Shown here in pieces: positions 37,814 through 49,200 of a DNA stretch of 64,000 nt. The notes under the pieces were generated by a model. It was not told the DNA's origin, ran no database searches, and was given only the letters and a program-made list of their open reading frames with translations. This stretch comes from Gemmatimonadota bacterium (GTDB lineage: Bacteria; JBHIER01; G020348925). The stretch is from positions 3,115,688-3,179,687 of the forward strand of contig CP070758.1 of NCBI GenBank assembly GCA_020348925.1. Direction: 5' to 3'. Within the stretch, counting starts at the first letter, position 1. Every line of letters begins with the position of its first letter. Both the position numbers and the translations under genes were made by a program.

Positions 37814-38251
37814 TCAAAGAGATATTGTGCTCTGAGTGGATTTCTCCTCTTCAAGTTCTTTTGATTTTTTCGGGAAGAGACTCTCCCTTTTCTCAAGTAA
37901 TGATTTCTCCTCTCCCATCGAGCAGTTTCCATTGAAGACCGCTCCCTCATGAACGACGAGGCTGCTCGTTTTTAAATCTCCAAGAAGAACGGCTTTCGAC
38001 TCTAAAACAGTCTGGTCAGACGCCACCAGGCAGCCTAAAATCCGACCACCGACAGTGGCTTTCTTCACTTGAATGTCCGCTTCCACGACACCCGTCGGGC
38101 CCACAATCAATGTATCCGAGGAGACGAGTTTCCCTTTTAACGTTCCATCAATTCGGATACTGCTTTCAATTTCAACCGTCCCTTCAAATATCGAACCGCC
38201 GCCAATGATTGTGTTGAGCCGACCGGTGTCGACTTTTTCTTTGTTGGTCAT
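37814..38251 (-). CDS. Bactofilin (polymer-forming cytoskeletal protein)
   Basis: TIIG.G..FEG....IRIDG...G....L.VG..G.V.ADI...GD.....L....GA.F.G.C.M. Confidence 0.93.
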   Translation of the reverse strand: MTNKEKVDTGRLNTIIGGGSIFEGTVEIESSIRIDGTLKGKLVSSDTLIVGPTGVVEADIQVKKATVGGRILGCLVASDQTVLESKAVLLGDLKTSSLVVHEGAVFNGNCSMGEEKSLLEKRESLFPKKSKELEEEKSTQSTISL

Positions 38252-38300
38252 GCTCTTCTCCCTCCTGAATAAAGTTACTCTCCGATTCTTTCGGCTTCCG

Positions 38301-39164
38301 TCACCTCAACAGATACTCTCTGGGATTGACTGGAGATCCTTCCTTCCATATCTCAAAATGGAGATGGGGCGCCGAACTCCGCCCTGAGTTGCCCACAAAT
38401 GCGATAGTCTGCCCCTTCCTCACCCGTTCACCCTGCCTGACGAGAACCCTGGAATTATGGCCGTAGCGAGTGGAGACGAACGCATCATGTTGAATCATGA
38501 CGAGGTTTCCCAAATCGTGGGTCCAGTTCACAAACGTGACAATACCATCGGCCGCGGCTCTCACAGGAGTGTCGGATGGAGCTGCGATATCAATTCCCGT
38601 GTGCCGCCTCCCCAGCGGACCCACATTCACATTGAATTCTGCGGAAACCCAGCCTTGAACGGGCCAGAGATTTGGCGTCGTCCGTAACCATTCTTCAGAA
38701 ATGTCAAAAATGCGGTCTGGAACCTTTTCGGAATACCATTCCTCAGACATTTCATGTGGTATGCCCACGTCCATCTTCTGAGCGAGCTGCAACAGTTGGC
38801 CGCTGCTCAAGGGTGTCTTCTCCTCGATGGCTAGACTGTCGGATTCGATCCGCGTTCCCGCCATTCTTCTCAACCGATGGTCGATCTCTTTCATTTCATA
38901 CAGGGTTTTCTGAAGCTGCAGAACCTTTGAATTCTCTCTTCGCAAATGTCTGTTTTCTCTTTCCAGTATCTCCACCTTGTATGCGGTCCTCGCCATCCTC
39001 CAAAAATTCACCGTCATCAATATCACCCCGATGACGCACAGAGCACCGACAAGACAAACGACCTTGCACCATGCGGAACTGAGGCGAAAACTGAACGTCC
39101 GATCATCACCATCCGGTATAACCAGAACCGAGAAATATCTTCCCTTTTTGAATAGATTCAACAA
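38301..39164 (-). CDS. M23-family metallopeptidase with an N-terminal TM and coiled coil
   Basis: H.GIDIA, TRYGH, GNSGRS..PHLHFE. Confidence 0.93.
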   Translation of the reverse strand: MLNLFKKGRYFSVLVIPDGDDRTFSFRLSSAWCKVVCLVGALCVIGVILMTVNFWRMARTAYKVEILERENRHLRRENSKVLQLQKTLYEMKEIDHRLRRMAGTRIESDSLAIEEKTPLSSGQLLQLAQKMDVGIPHEMSEEWYSEKVPDRIFDISEEWLRTTPNLWPVQGWVSAEFNVNVGPLGRRHTGIDIAAPSDTPVRAAADGIVTFVNWTHDLGNLVMIQHDAFVSTRYGHNSRVLVRQGERVRKGQTIAFVGNSGRSSAPHLHFEIWKEGSPVNPREYLLR

Positions 39165-39219
39165 CGTCCTAAAATTGGTAAAATGAGACTACGGCAATAC
39201 CCTTCAACGGTGGAGGAAC

Positions 39220-39248
39220 AATATATGCGTCCTCCTTGAAAATGTCAA
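39220..39248 (-). promoter_or_regulatory. sigma70 promoter upstream of M23-bactofilin
   Basis: TTGACA-N17-TATATT. Confidence 0.65.
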
Positions 39249-39356
39249 TAGCTTTTTACGGTTACAGTCGCCCTTTGCCGCTCTGCGCTCGCCTCTCAAG
39301 AACATGCTTTGCGGACAAAGCGCCGGAGCGTGGGACGACGGGAAATCGCATTCCCC

Positions 39357-40220
39357 CTACCCCTCACCCAGGAGCAACTCGATGACGCGATCGAGATCCT
39401 CGGAGGAATAAAATTCGATCTCGATCTTCCCCTTATCGATCGTCTGTCGAATTCGAACTTGCGTTCCGAAAAACTGCCGCAATTTTTCTTCCAGAGCCAC
39501 AATTTGGGCCGGTTTCTTGGGACCACGACGACCGGTGCTCAGGGCCCGATCGTGCATGATGTTCCGAACCATCTCCTCGACACGCCTGACTGAAAGCCCG
39601 CGATGGACTATTTTATCGGAGAGTGATTCCTGATCACTCTCTTTCTCAAGCGCAAGCAACGCCCGGGCGTGACCCATAGTCAGGGAGCCCGTTTTCAGCT
39701 TCTCCTGAACAGAGACGGGCAATTGAAGCAGCCGTAGAAAATTGGCCACTGTCGAGCGATTTTTTCCCACTTTTTGAGCCACCTGATCTTGGGTCAGTGC
39801 GTACTCCTCCATGAGTCTCTGGTACGCTTTCGCCTGATCGATGGCATTCAGATCCTCCCGCTGGATATTCTCGACCAGAGACAGCTCCAACATCTCTTCC
39901 GGACTCGTGACGTCCATAACGATGGCCGGTACCGTCTCCAACCGGGCCTCTTTGGCGGCTCGATATCTGCGCTCACCGGCAATGAGCTCGAAGCCATCCT
40001 CCGCTTGGCGAAGGATCAATGGCTGGAGAACACCCTTTTCAGTGATCGACCGCTTCAGATCTTCAAGGTTCGCATCGTCCATCTCCTCCCTCGGCTGATA
40101 CGGATTGGGTTTGATCCGGGCGAGTTCAACCTGGATGAGCTGCTTCTCATCTTCAATGAGATGGGTATACGGTTCAGGAATGAGCGCCTGGAGCCCCTTA
40201 CCCAAGACTTTCTTCGTCAT
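39357..40220 (-). CDS. parB: Chromosome-partitioning protein ParB/Spo0J
   Basis: LGKGL.ALI, PNPYQPR, IAGERR.RAA, ENIQREDLN, HTH GKNRSTVANFLRLL. Confidence 0.97.
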   Translation of the reverse strand: MTKKVLGKGLQALIPEPYTHLIEDEKQLIQVELARIKPNPYQPREEMDDANLEDLKRSITEKGVLQPLILRQAEDGFELIAGERRYRAAKEARLETVPAIVMDVTSPEEMLELSLVENIQREDLNAIDQAKAYQRLMEEYALTQDQVAQKVGKNRSTVANFLRLLQLPVSVQEKLKTGSLTMGHARALLALEKESDQESLSDKIVHRGLSVRRVEEMVRNIMHDRALSTGRRGPKKPAQIVALEEKLRQFFGTQVRIRQTIDKGKIEIEFYSSEDLDRVIELLLGEG

Positions 40221-40974
40221 GATTCATCACTTCCTTTGCCAGACTGAGGTAATTGTCAGCTCCCATCGATTGGGCATCGTAGAGGATGATGGGTTTTCCA
40301 AAACTGGGAGCTTCACTCAGGCGTATGTTTCTCCTGATAACGGTTCTGTAAACCCGATCCTTAAAAAAACTCCGCGCCTCCTCTGCGACTTGCTTTGAGA
40401 GTCTGACCCGCGAATCGAACATTGTCAGCAGAACCCCTTCAATTCTGAGATTCGGATTGAGACGCCTTTGCACCAGCCGGATGGTATTGAGCAACTGACC
40501 CAATCCTTCCAGGGCGTAATACTCACATTGGATCGGAATAATCGCAGAGTCGGCCGCTGTCAAAGCGTTTAACGTCAAGAGACCCAAAGAAGGGGGACAA
40601 TCGATAATAATATAACGATAATCACTCTTGATCCTTTCAAGGGCCTTTCGCAATTGCATCTCTCGTGCCTGCATCCCGACCAATTCCACTTCGGCCCCAA
40701 TGAGCCTGATATGGGAGGGTACAAGCTGGAGATGGGCCAGTTCCGTGTGATGCAGCGTCGCACCGAGAGATGCATCTCCCGTGAGCACCTCATAAATACA
40801 TTCCATCTCAGGGCCAACCTCGATCCCCAGGCCGCTCGTGGCGTTGGCCTGGGGATCGACATCCACAAGCAACGTCGGTTCTTCGGCCACGGCGAGACAG
40901 GCTGAGAGATTGATTGCCGTGGTCGTCTTGCCCACGCCTCCCTTCTGATTGGCGATGACTATGGTCCTACTCAT
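40198..40974 (-). CDS. parA: Chromosome-partitioning ATPase ParA/Soj
   Basis: NQKGGVGKTT, D.DPQANAT, DCPPSLG, QCEYYALEG, RLSEAPSFG. Confidence 0.97.
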   Translation of the reverse strand: MSRTIVIANQKGGVGKTTTAINLSACLAVAEEPTLLVDVDPQANATSGLGIEVGPEMECIYEVLTGDASLGATLHHTELAHLQLVPSHIRLIGAEVELVGMQAREMQLRKALERIKSDYRYIIIDCPPSLGLLTLNALTAADSAIIPIQCEYYALEGLGQLLNTIRLVQRRLNPNLRIEGVLLTMFDSRVRLSKQVAEEARSFFKDRVYRTVIRRNIRLSEAPSFGKPIILYDAQSMGADNYLSLAKEVMNHDEESLG

Positions 40975-41034
40975 ACTTGGGAGACACGCTTTTTCATTTC
41001 GAACTGGTCACTCCTTGGGTGGATACCCTGCCCC

Positions 41035-43038
41035 CTATCTCGATTCCAAAATGACAAAATCGATTCTCCTGTTCAACTGACGCCCCTCTTCGGTGTCGTT
41101 GTCAGCCACTGGGCGTCTTTCACCAAAACCGACAGCGACAATGCGGTTGGGATTTATCTGATGTCTGGTTATCAAATAATTCCGCACGGAATTGGCCCGG
41201 GCTTCCGAAAGTTTCTGGTTGTATTCGTCACTGCCCTTACTGTCGGTATGGCCTTCGATTTGAACCTTGAGCTCCGGGATCTCTATCATGGTCTGAGCGG
41301 CATCATCCAGAATCGGATACGAGCCGGGTCGAATGGTCGATTTGTTGAATTCGAACGTAATGCCACGGAGGCGGATAACTTCACCCTTTTTCGGAATTCG
41401 TCGCAAGGCGAAGTTTTGAAGGGTCGTCTTTCCGTCTTCGATCACGACAGGTACCATCTTTTCGACATACCCATTAACAACAGCCTTCACACGATACGTC
41501 GCCGGTGATACTTCCACGGAGTAAATGCCCTCTTGATCGGTCCGAACCGAGGGGATATCGGTATCGATAAAGGTAACAAGGCCCACCAACACGGAGTCGG
41601 AAGCTATGTCCGTCATCTGTCCTGTAAGTTTCCCCATGGGCACGATCTGCGGCTCGAGACTGAAGTTCTTCACCTCGGTCTCGTCCCTCTTAATGACGAC
41701 CGGTTCCGAGAGCGTCAGATAACCCTCACATTCAACTCTGACGACGACCGTTCCCTCGGGTAACGTCACCTCATACATGCCGGTGGCGGGAACCGCCTTC
41801 ACACTCTCCACCGCAATCTCCGGGAAAGTGAGCGTCGCTGAAATCGGTTCGTTTGTTCTCTTGTCGACAATCTTGCCAGTAATCTTTCCCTCCTTCGGTC
41901 TGGCCTTGAGAGCTAAGTCCAATTGCGTTCTCTTCCCCGCCCTGATCAGGACCGCCTTCTTCGTCTGAGAATAGTAGTCGGGATTCGAAGCAAGGACCGT
42001 ATACTCAGAGGGAGAAAGAGTGACTTCAAAAGCACCGGATAACTGATCGGTGGAAATATTTTGGACCATGGTGCCAGGAAAACTCACCACGGCCGAAATC
42101 GGCTCTCCCGTCTCCTCGTCGATCACTTTTCCAAAAAGAATCCCGGTCGTCGGCCGCAGCATCGAACCCACGCTGAAACCCAGAATCACATTCCAGTCTG
42201 GCTGTCCCGATTCCTCCGGTGATAGCCGAAAATCAACCGCCACGTCCAACGGGATCGCCGGACCAAAAAGACGTACACCGGGGGTAACACGGAGGGCCAT
42301 CTTCTCCTCGAGGAAATCCGCATCCGTATGCTCGCCTGTTATTTCCGCAAAGATGATCACTTTGGGACCGGCCTCGTATTCCACGCCACCCCCAAAGATG
42401 AATTGATTCGAAGCCGGACCGAACATGCCGGGAAAGAGACTATCCTCGTTGACAGCCACATACCCTCCGTTCAGATAACACCCAAACTTTTCGAAATTGA
42501 GGTCGACGAGCAACCGGCCTCCGCCATACGTCTCATCTCTGGTAAAAAAGCCCTTGCGAACACCAACCACCCCTTGGTCGCTACTCCCTGTGGGGAGAAC
42601 GACGAACCCCTGCAGGCCAAAATGAATGAATTCGGATAACTCTCCAGGATAGCTGAGCTTCAAACCCAACTGCGTATCTCCGATCCCCTCACTGTCCTTA
42701 TACTGCTTTCTGGGCCAGGTCTGCCGACCGACATCACTCAAAAAGAGAGTGGCCCCGGACACCTCCAGAAAATCCGTAATGCCGTAGGTGAGCCCAATAT
42801 GGGTCGTCAAGTAGTACGCCTTGCCTGTGGCATCCGGTCTGTCAATTGGAATATACACATCTTTTTCATACCGACCTTCGTTGTGAAGGTTCACGGTCAA
42901 CAGACCTTGACAGCAGCTTCGTGCCGAATGAACTCGAAGCAGACCTTGTTGACCGTACATCGTTACCCCAGCCTGGGCCAAACAAAATGCGAACAAAACG
43001 GTAAGCAGGCTCGAGGCAATCAGTATCTTTTTCTTCAT
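41035..43038 (-). CDS. OmpA-family outer-membrane protein: N-terminal beta-barrel-like region, 3 carboxypeptidase-regulatory-like repeats, OmpA_C domain
   Basis: Signal peptide; G...G...D..T..PI.A...F repeats; I.FEFNK, IEGHTDS.GS..YN..LS..RA.SV, G.GE..P...N....GR..NRR. Confidence 0.9.
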   Translation of the reverse strand: MKKKILIASSLLTVLFAFCLAQAGVTMYGQQGLLRVHSARSCCQGLLTVNLHNEGRYEKDVYIPIDRPDATGKAYYLTTHIGLTYGITDFLEVSGATLFLSDVGRQTWPRKQYKDSEGIGDTQLGLKLSYPGELSEFIHFGLQGFVVLPTGSSDQGVVGVRKGFFTRDETYGGGRLLVDLNFEKFGCYLNGGYVAVNEDSLFPGMFGPASNQFIFGGGVEYEAGPKVIIFAEITGEHTDADFLEEKMALRVTPGVRLFGPAIPLDVAVDFRLSPEESGQPDWNVILGFSVGSMLRPTTGILFGKVIDEETGEPISAVVSFPGTMVQNISTDQLSGAFEVTLSPSEYTVLASNPDYYSQTKKAVLIRAGKRTQLDLALKARPKEGKITGKIVDKRTNEPISATLTFPEIAVESVKAVPATGMYEVTLPEGTVVVRVECEGYLTLSEPVVIKRDETEVKNFSLEPQIVPMGKLTGQMTDIASDSVLVGLVTFIDTDIPSVRTDQEGIYSVEVSPATYRVKAVVNGYVEKMVPVVIEDGKTTLQNFALRRIPKKGEVIRLRGITFEFNKSTIRPGSYPILDDAAQTMIEIPELKVQIEGHTDSKGSDEYNQKLSEARANSVRNYLITRHQINPNRIVAVGFGERRPVADNDTEEGRQLNRRIDFVILESR

Positions 43039-43182
43039 TTTCGATACTCCTTCCTGTGAAGTATTTTTACTCGAAGTGCTCAACAACTGCGTAATGCAAC
43101 AAATATATAGGAAAGTTTGATCTTTCAATTCTAGACCTCCTCCTTGAATAGATGTTCAAATGCCTCTTACCAAATACTCTAT

Positions 43183-45909
43183 TCACCTCCTTTTTGGTTG
43201 TTTCATCTCTTTCACAACTGCTTGGGCAGCAGCCAGACGGGCGATGGGCACCCGAAACGGAGAGCATGAAACGTAATTCATGCCCGCTCGATGACAGAAC
43301 TCCACGGAAGCAGGATCTCCTCCGTGTTCGCCACAAATCCCCACCTTCAAATTGGGGCGGGTCCTACGACCTTTCTTTATTCCAAGCTCTACCAATTGAC
43401 CGACACCTGCTTGATCCAGTGATTGAAACGGATCATCCGGCAGAATCCCTTTGACGATATAATCATGAAGAAACTTGCCCACATCGTCCCGGCTGTAGCC
43501 GAAGGTCATTTGAGTCAGGTCGTTTGTGCCGAAGGAAAAGAACTCGGCCACTTCGGCGATGTCGTCGGCGATCAGTGCCGCCCTGGGGATTTCAATCATA
43601 GTCCCGACGGAATAGTTCACTCTCACTCCGGTTTTCTCGATGACCGCCTCAGCCGCATCAACGACGACTTTTCTTTGGTTCTCCAGCTCCTCCTTGGTTC
43701 CCACGAGGGGAATCATTATCTCGGGATAGACCTTGACCCCACCTTTGACCAGGCGACAGGCCGCTTCCATGATGGCCTGCGCCTGCATGTGCGTAATTTC
43801 CGGAAAGGCTACGCCCAGACGGCAGCCGCGATGGCCCATCATGGGATTGGCCTCGTGCAGAGCCTCGATTTTCGTTCTGACGTGCTTGAGGGGAAGGCCC
43901 AGATCGCGGGCCAACTCTCTCTGCGCCGCCTCATCCTGGGGTAAAAACTCATGAAGAGGCGGATCCAAGGTGCGCACGGTGACCGGCAGACCGGCCATGG
44001 CTCGAAAGATTCCGGCGAAATCCCTCCGGTGAAGGGGAAGAAGCTTTTTCAGCGCTCTCCGCCGGCCATCTTCCGTATCCGCCAGAATCATCTCACGCAC
44101 GGCCGTTATCCTCCCCGGGCCGAAGAACATGTGTTCGGTTCGGCACAGACCTATGCCTTCCGCTCCCAGCCTCCGCGCCGTAGTCGCATCCTCGGGACGG
44201 TCCGCATTGGTCCGGACGCCCAAGCGTCTGACGCCATCGGCCCATTTCATCAGATCCGTATAGGCTCGATTTCGCTCCGGATCGACAGCAATGAGAGGCA
44301 ATGCTCCGGCGTAGACCGATCCCGTTGTTCCGTTGAGCGTAATCCAATCCCCCTCCTTCAAGATGCGTCCATCGACATGCAGCCTCTTCTTCGCACCCTG
44401 AATGTTCAAAGCACCGCACCCCACAATACAGCACTTGCCCCAGCCGCGGGCGACGAGAGCAGCGTGACTCGTCATCCCACCCGTGGCCGTCAGAATCGCC
44501 TCGGCGGCATGCATCCCGGCAACGTCCTCAGCGCTCGTTTCCGTTCGAACCAGAATAACCTTTTTGCCTGCCCGGGCCCACGTTTCAGCCTGTTCCGGGG
44601 TGAAGACGATCTGCCCGGAAGCCCCCCCCGGCCCTGCCGGGAGCCCCGTGGCCAAGAGATCGGCCTTGCGTTCGGCTTTCGGATCGATCATAGGGTGGAG
44701 AAGCTCATCCAGTTGATGCGGTCCGACCCGCAACAGTGCCTCCTCCCTGGAAATGAGTCGCTGGCGGCACATATCCACCGCCATCTTCACCGCCGCCACA
44801 CCATTTCGCTTGCCAACCCGGGTCTGGAGAATATAGAGGGTCCCGTGCTCGATGGTGAATTCGAGATCCTGCATGTCCCGATAGTGTTTTTCGAGCCTAT
44901 TCCGGACGCCCATCAGCTGTCTGTATAATTGAGGCATCAATCGCTCGAGAGAGGGAAGATGTTTCGACGCCTCGGTTTTGGATGTCTCATTGATCGCCTG
45001 TGGCGTTCTCGTCCCAGCCACCACATCCTCCCCCTGGGCGTTGACCAAGAACTCCCCGTAGAAGTTGTTTTCTCCGGTGGCCGGATTCCGGGTGAAAGCC
45101 ACACCGGTGGCGGAATGCTCACCCATGTTTCCGAAGACCATGGTCTGGACGTTGACGGCGGTTCCCCATCCATCCGGAATCCCCTCGATCCTTCGATAGG
45201 ATACGGCCCGCTTGCCCATCCACGATCGAAAGACGGCCCCCACGGCCATCCACAGCTGCTCTCGCGCATCTTCGGGAAAATCGACCTTCAGAACGTTCTT
45301 GACCTTTTGTCGAAAGAGCGCGCACAGCTTCTTGAGATCTTCGGCATCCAGTCCGGTATCGTCCTTGATCCCTCGGGCTTTTTTCATCTTGCCCATTTCA
45401 TGCTCGAGCTGCTGACGAATACCGACCCCGCCTTTCGGTTCGATTCCCGCCGCCTTCTCCAACACGACATCGGAAAACATCATGATGAGCCGGCGATAGG
45501 CGTCGTAGGCGAAGCGTTCGTTTCCGCTTCTGGCGACGAGACCGGGCAGCGTTTTTTCTGTCAGCCCGATGTTGAGCACCGTCTCCATCATACCGGGCAT
45601 TGAAACTCTGGCCCCGGACCTGACCGAAAAGAGGAGAGGGTTCGAGGGATCACCGAAGGTGCGTCCCATCAGTTTTTCAACCCGCGCCAGTGTCTGTTCA
45701 ACTTCACTTTTCAACCCGCGGGGATATTTCCCCCCGGTCCGCATGTAGTGGGTACAGCTTTCAGTGGACAGGGTAAAACCTGGAGGAACCGGGATGCCCA
45801 AGCGTGACATTTCGGCCAGATTGGCCCCCTTTCCCCCCAGAAGGTTCTTCATGGTGGCATGCCCGTCAGCCCTGCCATCACCGAAAAAATAGACATACTT
45901 TTGTGCCAC
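43183..45909 (-). CDS. ppdK: Pyruvate, phosphate dikinase
   Basis: LLGGKGANLAEM, SVRSGAR.SMPGMM, GGMTSHAA (phospho-His), GIGLCRTEHMF, SFGTNDLTQ, GICGEHGGDP. Confidence 0.98.
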   Translation of the reverse strand: MAQKYVYFFGDGRADGHATMKNLLGGKGANLAEMSRLGIPVPPGFTLSTESCTHYMRTGGKYPRGLKSEVEQTLARVEKLMGRTFGDPSNPLLFSVRSGARVSMPGMMETVLNIGLTEKTLPGLVARSGNERFAYDAYRRLIMMFSDVVLEKAAGIEPKGGVGIRQQLEHEMGKMKKARGIKDDTGLDAEDLKKLCALFRQKVKNVLKVDFPEDAREQLWMAVGAVFRSWMGKRAVSYRRIEGIPDGWGTAVNVQTMVFGNMGEHSATGVAFTRNPATGENNFYGEFLVNAQGEDVVAGTRTPQAINETSKTEASKHLPSLERLMPQLYRQLMGVRNRLEKHYRDMQDLEFTIEHGTLYILQTRVGKRNGVAAVKMAVDMCRQRLISREEALLRVGPHQLDELLHPMIDPKAERKADLLATGLPAGPGGASGQIVFTPEQAETWARAGKKVILVRTETSAEDVAGMHAAEAILTATGGMTSHAALVARGWGKCCIVGCGALNIQGAKKRLHVDGRILKEGDWITLNGTTGSVYAGALPLIAVDPERNRAYTDLMKWADGVRRLGVRTNADRPEDATTARRLGAEGIGLCRTEHMFFGPGRITAVREMILADTEDGRRRALKKLLPLHRRDFAGIFRAMAGLPVTVRTLDPPLHEFLPQDEAAQRELARDLGLPLKHVRTKIEALHEANPMMGHRGCRLGVAFPEITHMQAQAIMEAACRLVKGGVKVYPEIMIPLVGTKEELENQRKVVVDAAEAVIEKTGVRVNYSVGTMIEIPRAALIADDIAEVAEFFSFGTNDLTQMTFGYSRDDVGKFLHDYIVKGILPDDPFQSLDQAGVGQLVELGIKKGRRTRPNLKVGICGEHGGDPASVEFCHRAGMNYVSCSPFRVPIARLAAAQAVVKEMKQPKRR

Positions 45910-45978
45910 TCACACCTCCAGTTCTTGCACGTCCATAAAATTTATCGCGAAATTTCTCAATCGATTCTTAATGGGACA

Positions 45979-46007
45979 AATATATCGAAGGGGATAAAAA
46001 ATTGCAA
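45979..46007 (-). promoter_or_regulatory. Candidate sigma70 promoter of ppdK
   Basis: TTGCAA-N17-TATATT. Confidence 0.55.
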
Positions 46008-46220
46008 TGAGAAAATTGAATTTTTGGTTCCATAGAAAAATTAAAGAACCCTCATTCGATGAATTCATAAACAACTATGGTGCACTACTTACAGAAATGG
46101 CTATGTTGAGCTTTCGTCTTTGAGCTGACCTGAGGAATTTGTCGGGTTTGGAATACATATCATAGCGAATTGCAATCGTCTCTCTGTCTCAGTGTCTCTG
46201 GGGCGAAGCATCCGGGCGAA

Positions 46221-46256
46221 ACAAAAGAGGTAGAGCGGGTGCTCTACCTCTTTTGT
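46221..46256 (-). terminator. Intrinsic terminator
   Basis: Perfect 16-bp inverted repeat ACAAAAGAGGTAGAGC-N4-GCTCTACCTCTTTTGT, 24 nt after the stop at 46281. Confidence 0.85.
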
Positions 46257-46280
46257 CAGAAGATGTGGTTTCCCTTGATT

Positions 46281-49200
46281 CTATTTTATCAGCACCATCC
46301 TTCGGGTTTCGAGAAAATCACCGGCTTCGAACTCGTAAAAGTACACACCGCTCGGGAGATCGGCCCCGGCATCATCCCTTCCGTCCCAGCGCACGCTGTA
46401 CCGTCCGGCAGCCCTCACTCCATCAACAAGAATCCGCACAGACTGACCGAGAAGGTTATAGATCTGGAGCCGGACATGACCGGTCTCGGGAAATCCGAAC
46501 TGAATCTCGGTCTCGGGATTGAAGGGATTGGGATAATTCTGCGAAAGGTGATACGTTGACGGAATGGCATCGGTTCCGATGGTCAGATGAACATTCCGGT
46601 TCATCAGGGGAATGGTGCGGTTCATGATATCCCTCAATCCTGAGGTCTCAATACGGATGTCGGTGGTGCCTTCTCGTTTCGGCGTGAACCTCAGGACGGC
46701 CACCGTACCGGATCCGTCGACGCCAAGCGGTTGTCCACCCAAAGCAACGACGCTTATTTCGATCGATCCGTGATGGGCGTCCACGCCTTTCACCATCGAA
46801 ATGAGCGCGCCGTTGTTGCCCAGAAACGGGCCCTGCTCAACGTCAGCGACCTCCAAGATGTCGGGATCGAACCGAACCTGCGCCATCGCTCCCAAAAGAC
46901 GGTTGACCTGTTCAACCTCAAGACGGAGCGCAAACACCTCCCCTACCGGGACAGACGCCTCAGCCTTGAGCATGACCAGGGCTTGACCCGCCATCTCCGG
47001 ATCGGAGACATATTTCGCCCCACCGCCTCTGACCGCCTCCTTGTACCAGTTGTACATCAGGGCGAACACCACGTGATCCTCAAAATCGATGACACCTTCT
47101 CCGGGAAACGGATAGTTCGTCTTGGACCAGGGCGGGCTTCCGGCACCGCCGGGACCGGGATATCTGGCCACATCCCCGGTCAGATCGTCCGGATCGGCGT
47201 TCCAGTATTGGAGAAACAGGGCGTAGTCGGCGAAATCGACATCGTCATCGTTATCGAAATCACACAGCAGATCTCCATCCCCTATGCCCTCAAACCGCCC
47301 GTCATCGTGGGTCACGTCAATGGTCGCATTGAGCGTGTCGCGCAGGGTGTAGTTTCCAAAAGGAAGATCACTGGACGGATCCGCCACTTTGGCCTTAAAG
47401 GTCAGTTTGGCAATGGTCCCGCCTCCGGATATCCCCTTCGGAATCCCCCCCAAAAGAGAAAACTCAACGGAACCGGTCCCGTTCGTGTTATCAAAATCAG
47501 ACATGAACCCCGTATTGTCCGGGTTGTTCTGGTACAGAAAACTCCCTTCGGATATACTCAACAGCTCCACCTTGTTCGTCACGAAGAAGAAGGTGATGCT
47601 GGCTCCCAACAGGTTTTTTACATCCCTGATTTTCAGATGGACAACTGAGGAGACCGATCCGAAGAGATAGCATGGATCCGGTTCGAAATAGAGTTGCGCC
47701 GTTGCAGAAGAGCCTATTGTTTTAAAAACTTCATTGTTCCCCTCGTTCCACTCCTCGACGGCTCCATCAGGATCGATACGGACATAGATATCGTGGGCAT
47801 CAAGGTCCGGCATGGTCCATGAAATCTGAACGGTTCTGCTGTCACCGTCGGTGAGATTGAACACCTCCTGGTCGCTGCCGATGGGATTGACAACGACGTC
47901 CGGATCACCGTCGTAGAATCGAATCGTGACTGCAGCCACTGTGGCGCCTTGATCGGTGTGACAATGGATCGTTGCCGAAATGGTGACACTCTCCCCCATA
48001 TTTGGAAACATGTTGGAAATGGTGAGGTCGTCCGTCGCGATGCTGAGATCTCTCAGTGACGTCCAAACCGAGGTGGTTTGCGATTCTCCTATGGCTCCGT
48101 TCGAATCGGTCACTCTGAGGCGCACAAAGCCCGAGTATTCCACATTCCAGGTCATGGTGGTGGTCACACCTGTGGCATCGTCGTATGCATCATCCCCATC
48201 CAGATCCCACTCGTACAACACAATGTTGTCTCCCTGATCAGGATCGTATGAGCCGCTCCCATCAAAGGTGATCTGTTGGCCGACGTGGGCCGCGTAGGGG
48301 CCTCCGGCATCGGCCACGGGGGGATGGTTGCCTCGGTTCACAATGATCGCATGTTCGTCGGTGTCGGTCATCGTGGGACTGCTATCGTCCGTCACCTGAA
48401 GGGTCACATAGACCGTATCCCGATCGACCCCGAGGGGCAATGAGTAGCCAGACCCGTTTGTCACCGCTTTGCCCTCGGCATCCGGATTGTTCCAATTGAC
48501 CCCGTCGGATTTATCGAAATCCCACTTCCAGGAGAGGATATGTTTGTCCGGATCCTGATGCCACGACTGGGAGCCATCGAGGTCCACCGGGCTGTTCGGG
48601 GGCACAGAATCGGCGGCCACGACGACGGCAACCGGGGGCAGCTCGAACACCCCGGGACTGAGAATGAGGACGCCAAAAGCCGTCGACAACTCCTCAATCG
48701 ATCCCCCCCAACCACTCCACTGACCCACAGGCCAACTCCCATTCATATCATGACCATAGCTGGCATCGTAGATCAGATAATCGACGTATTCGTCATACCA
48801 GTTGTGGGCTCCAATGGTGACAATATTGGAGCCATCGGGGTATCGAATGGTCCGACAGCCTTTGGCCACGGCGTACATGCCGTAATAATTACCGTTCATA
48901 TGCTCCCGCCAGCCGTATTCATCGGACGTATCATTCCAGTGGTTGACCATAAACTGGATCGCATTTTCGATGGCCGTGTCACTGGCGGATGTCTTCAGAT
49001 AGGAATGGGAGCAGATCGCAGCACCCGTCTTTGTGATATTATCGATCTCCTCATCATAGGTGTAACCAAAGCCTCCAAAATCATCGCTTCTCGGATTCTT
49101 CACCTGGCTGTTGTACAACCATTTTGCCAGCTCCGTCTTGACAAAACCCGAGGCCACTATGCCCCACGAGTTTTCCGCCGCTTCGAGAGCCAGGGCCGGC

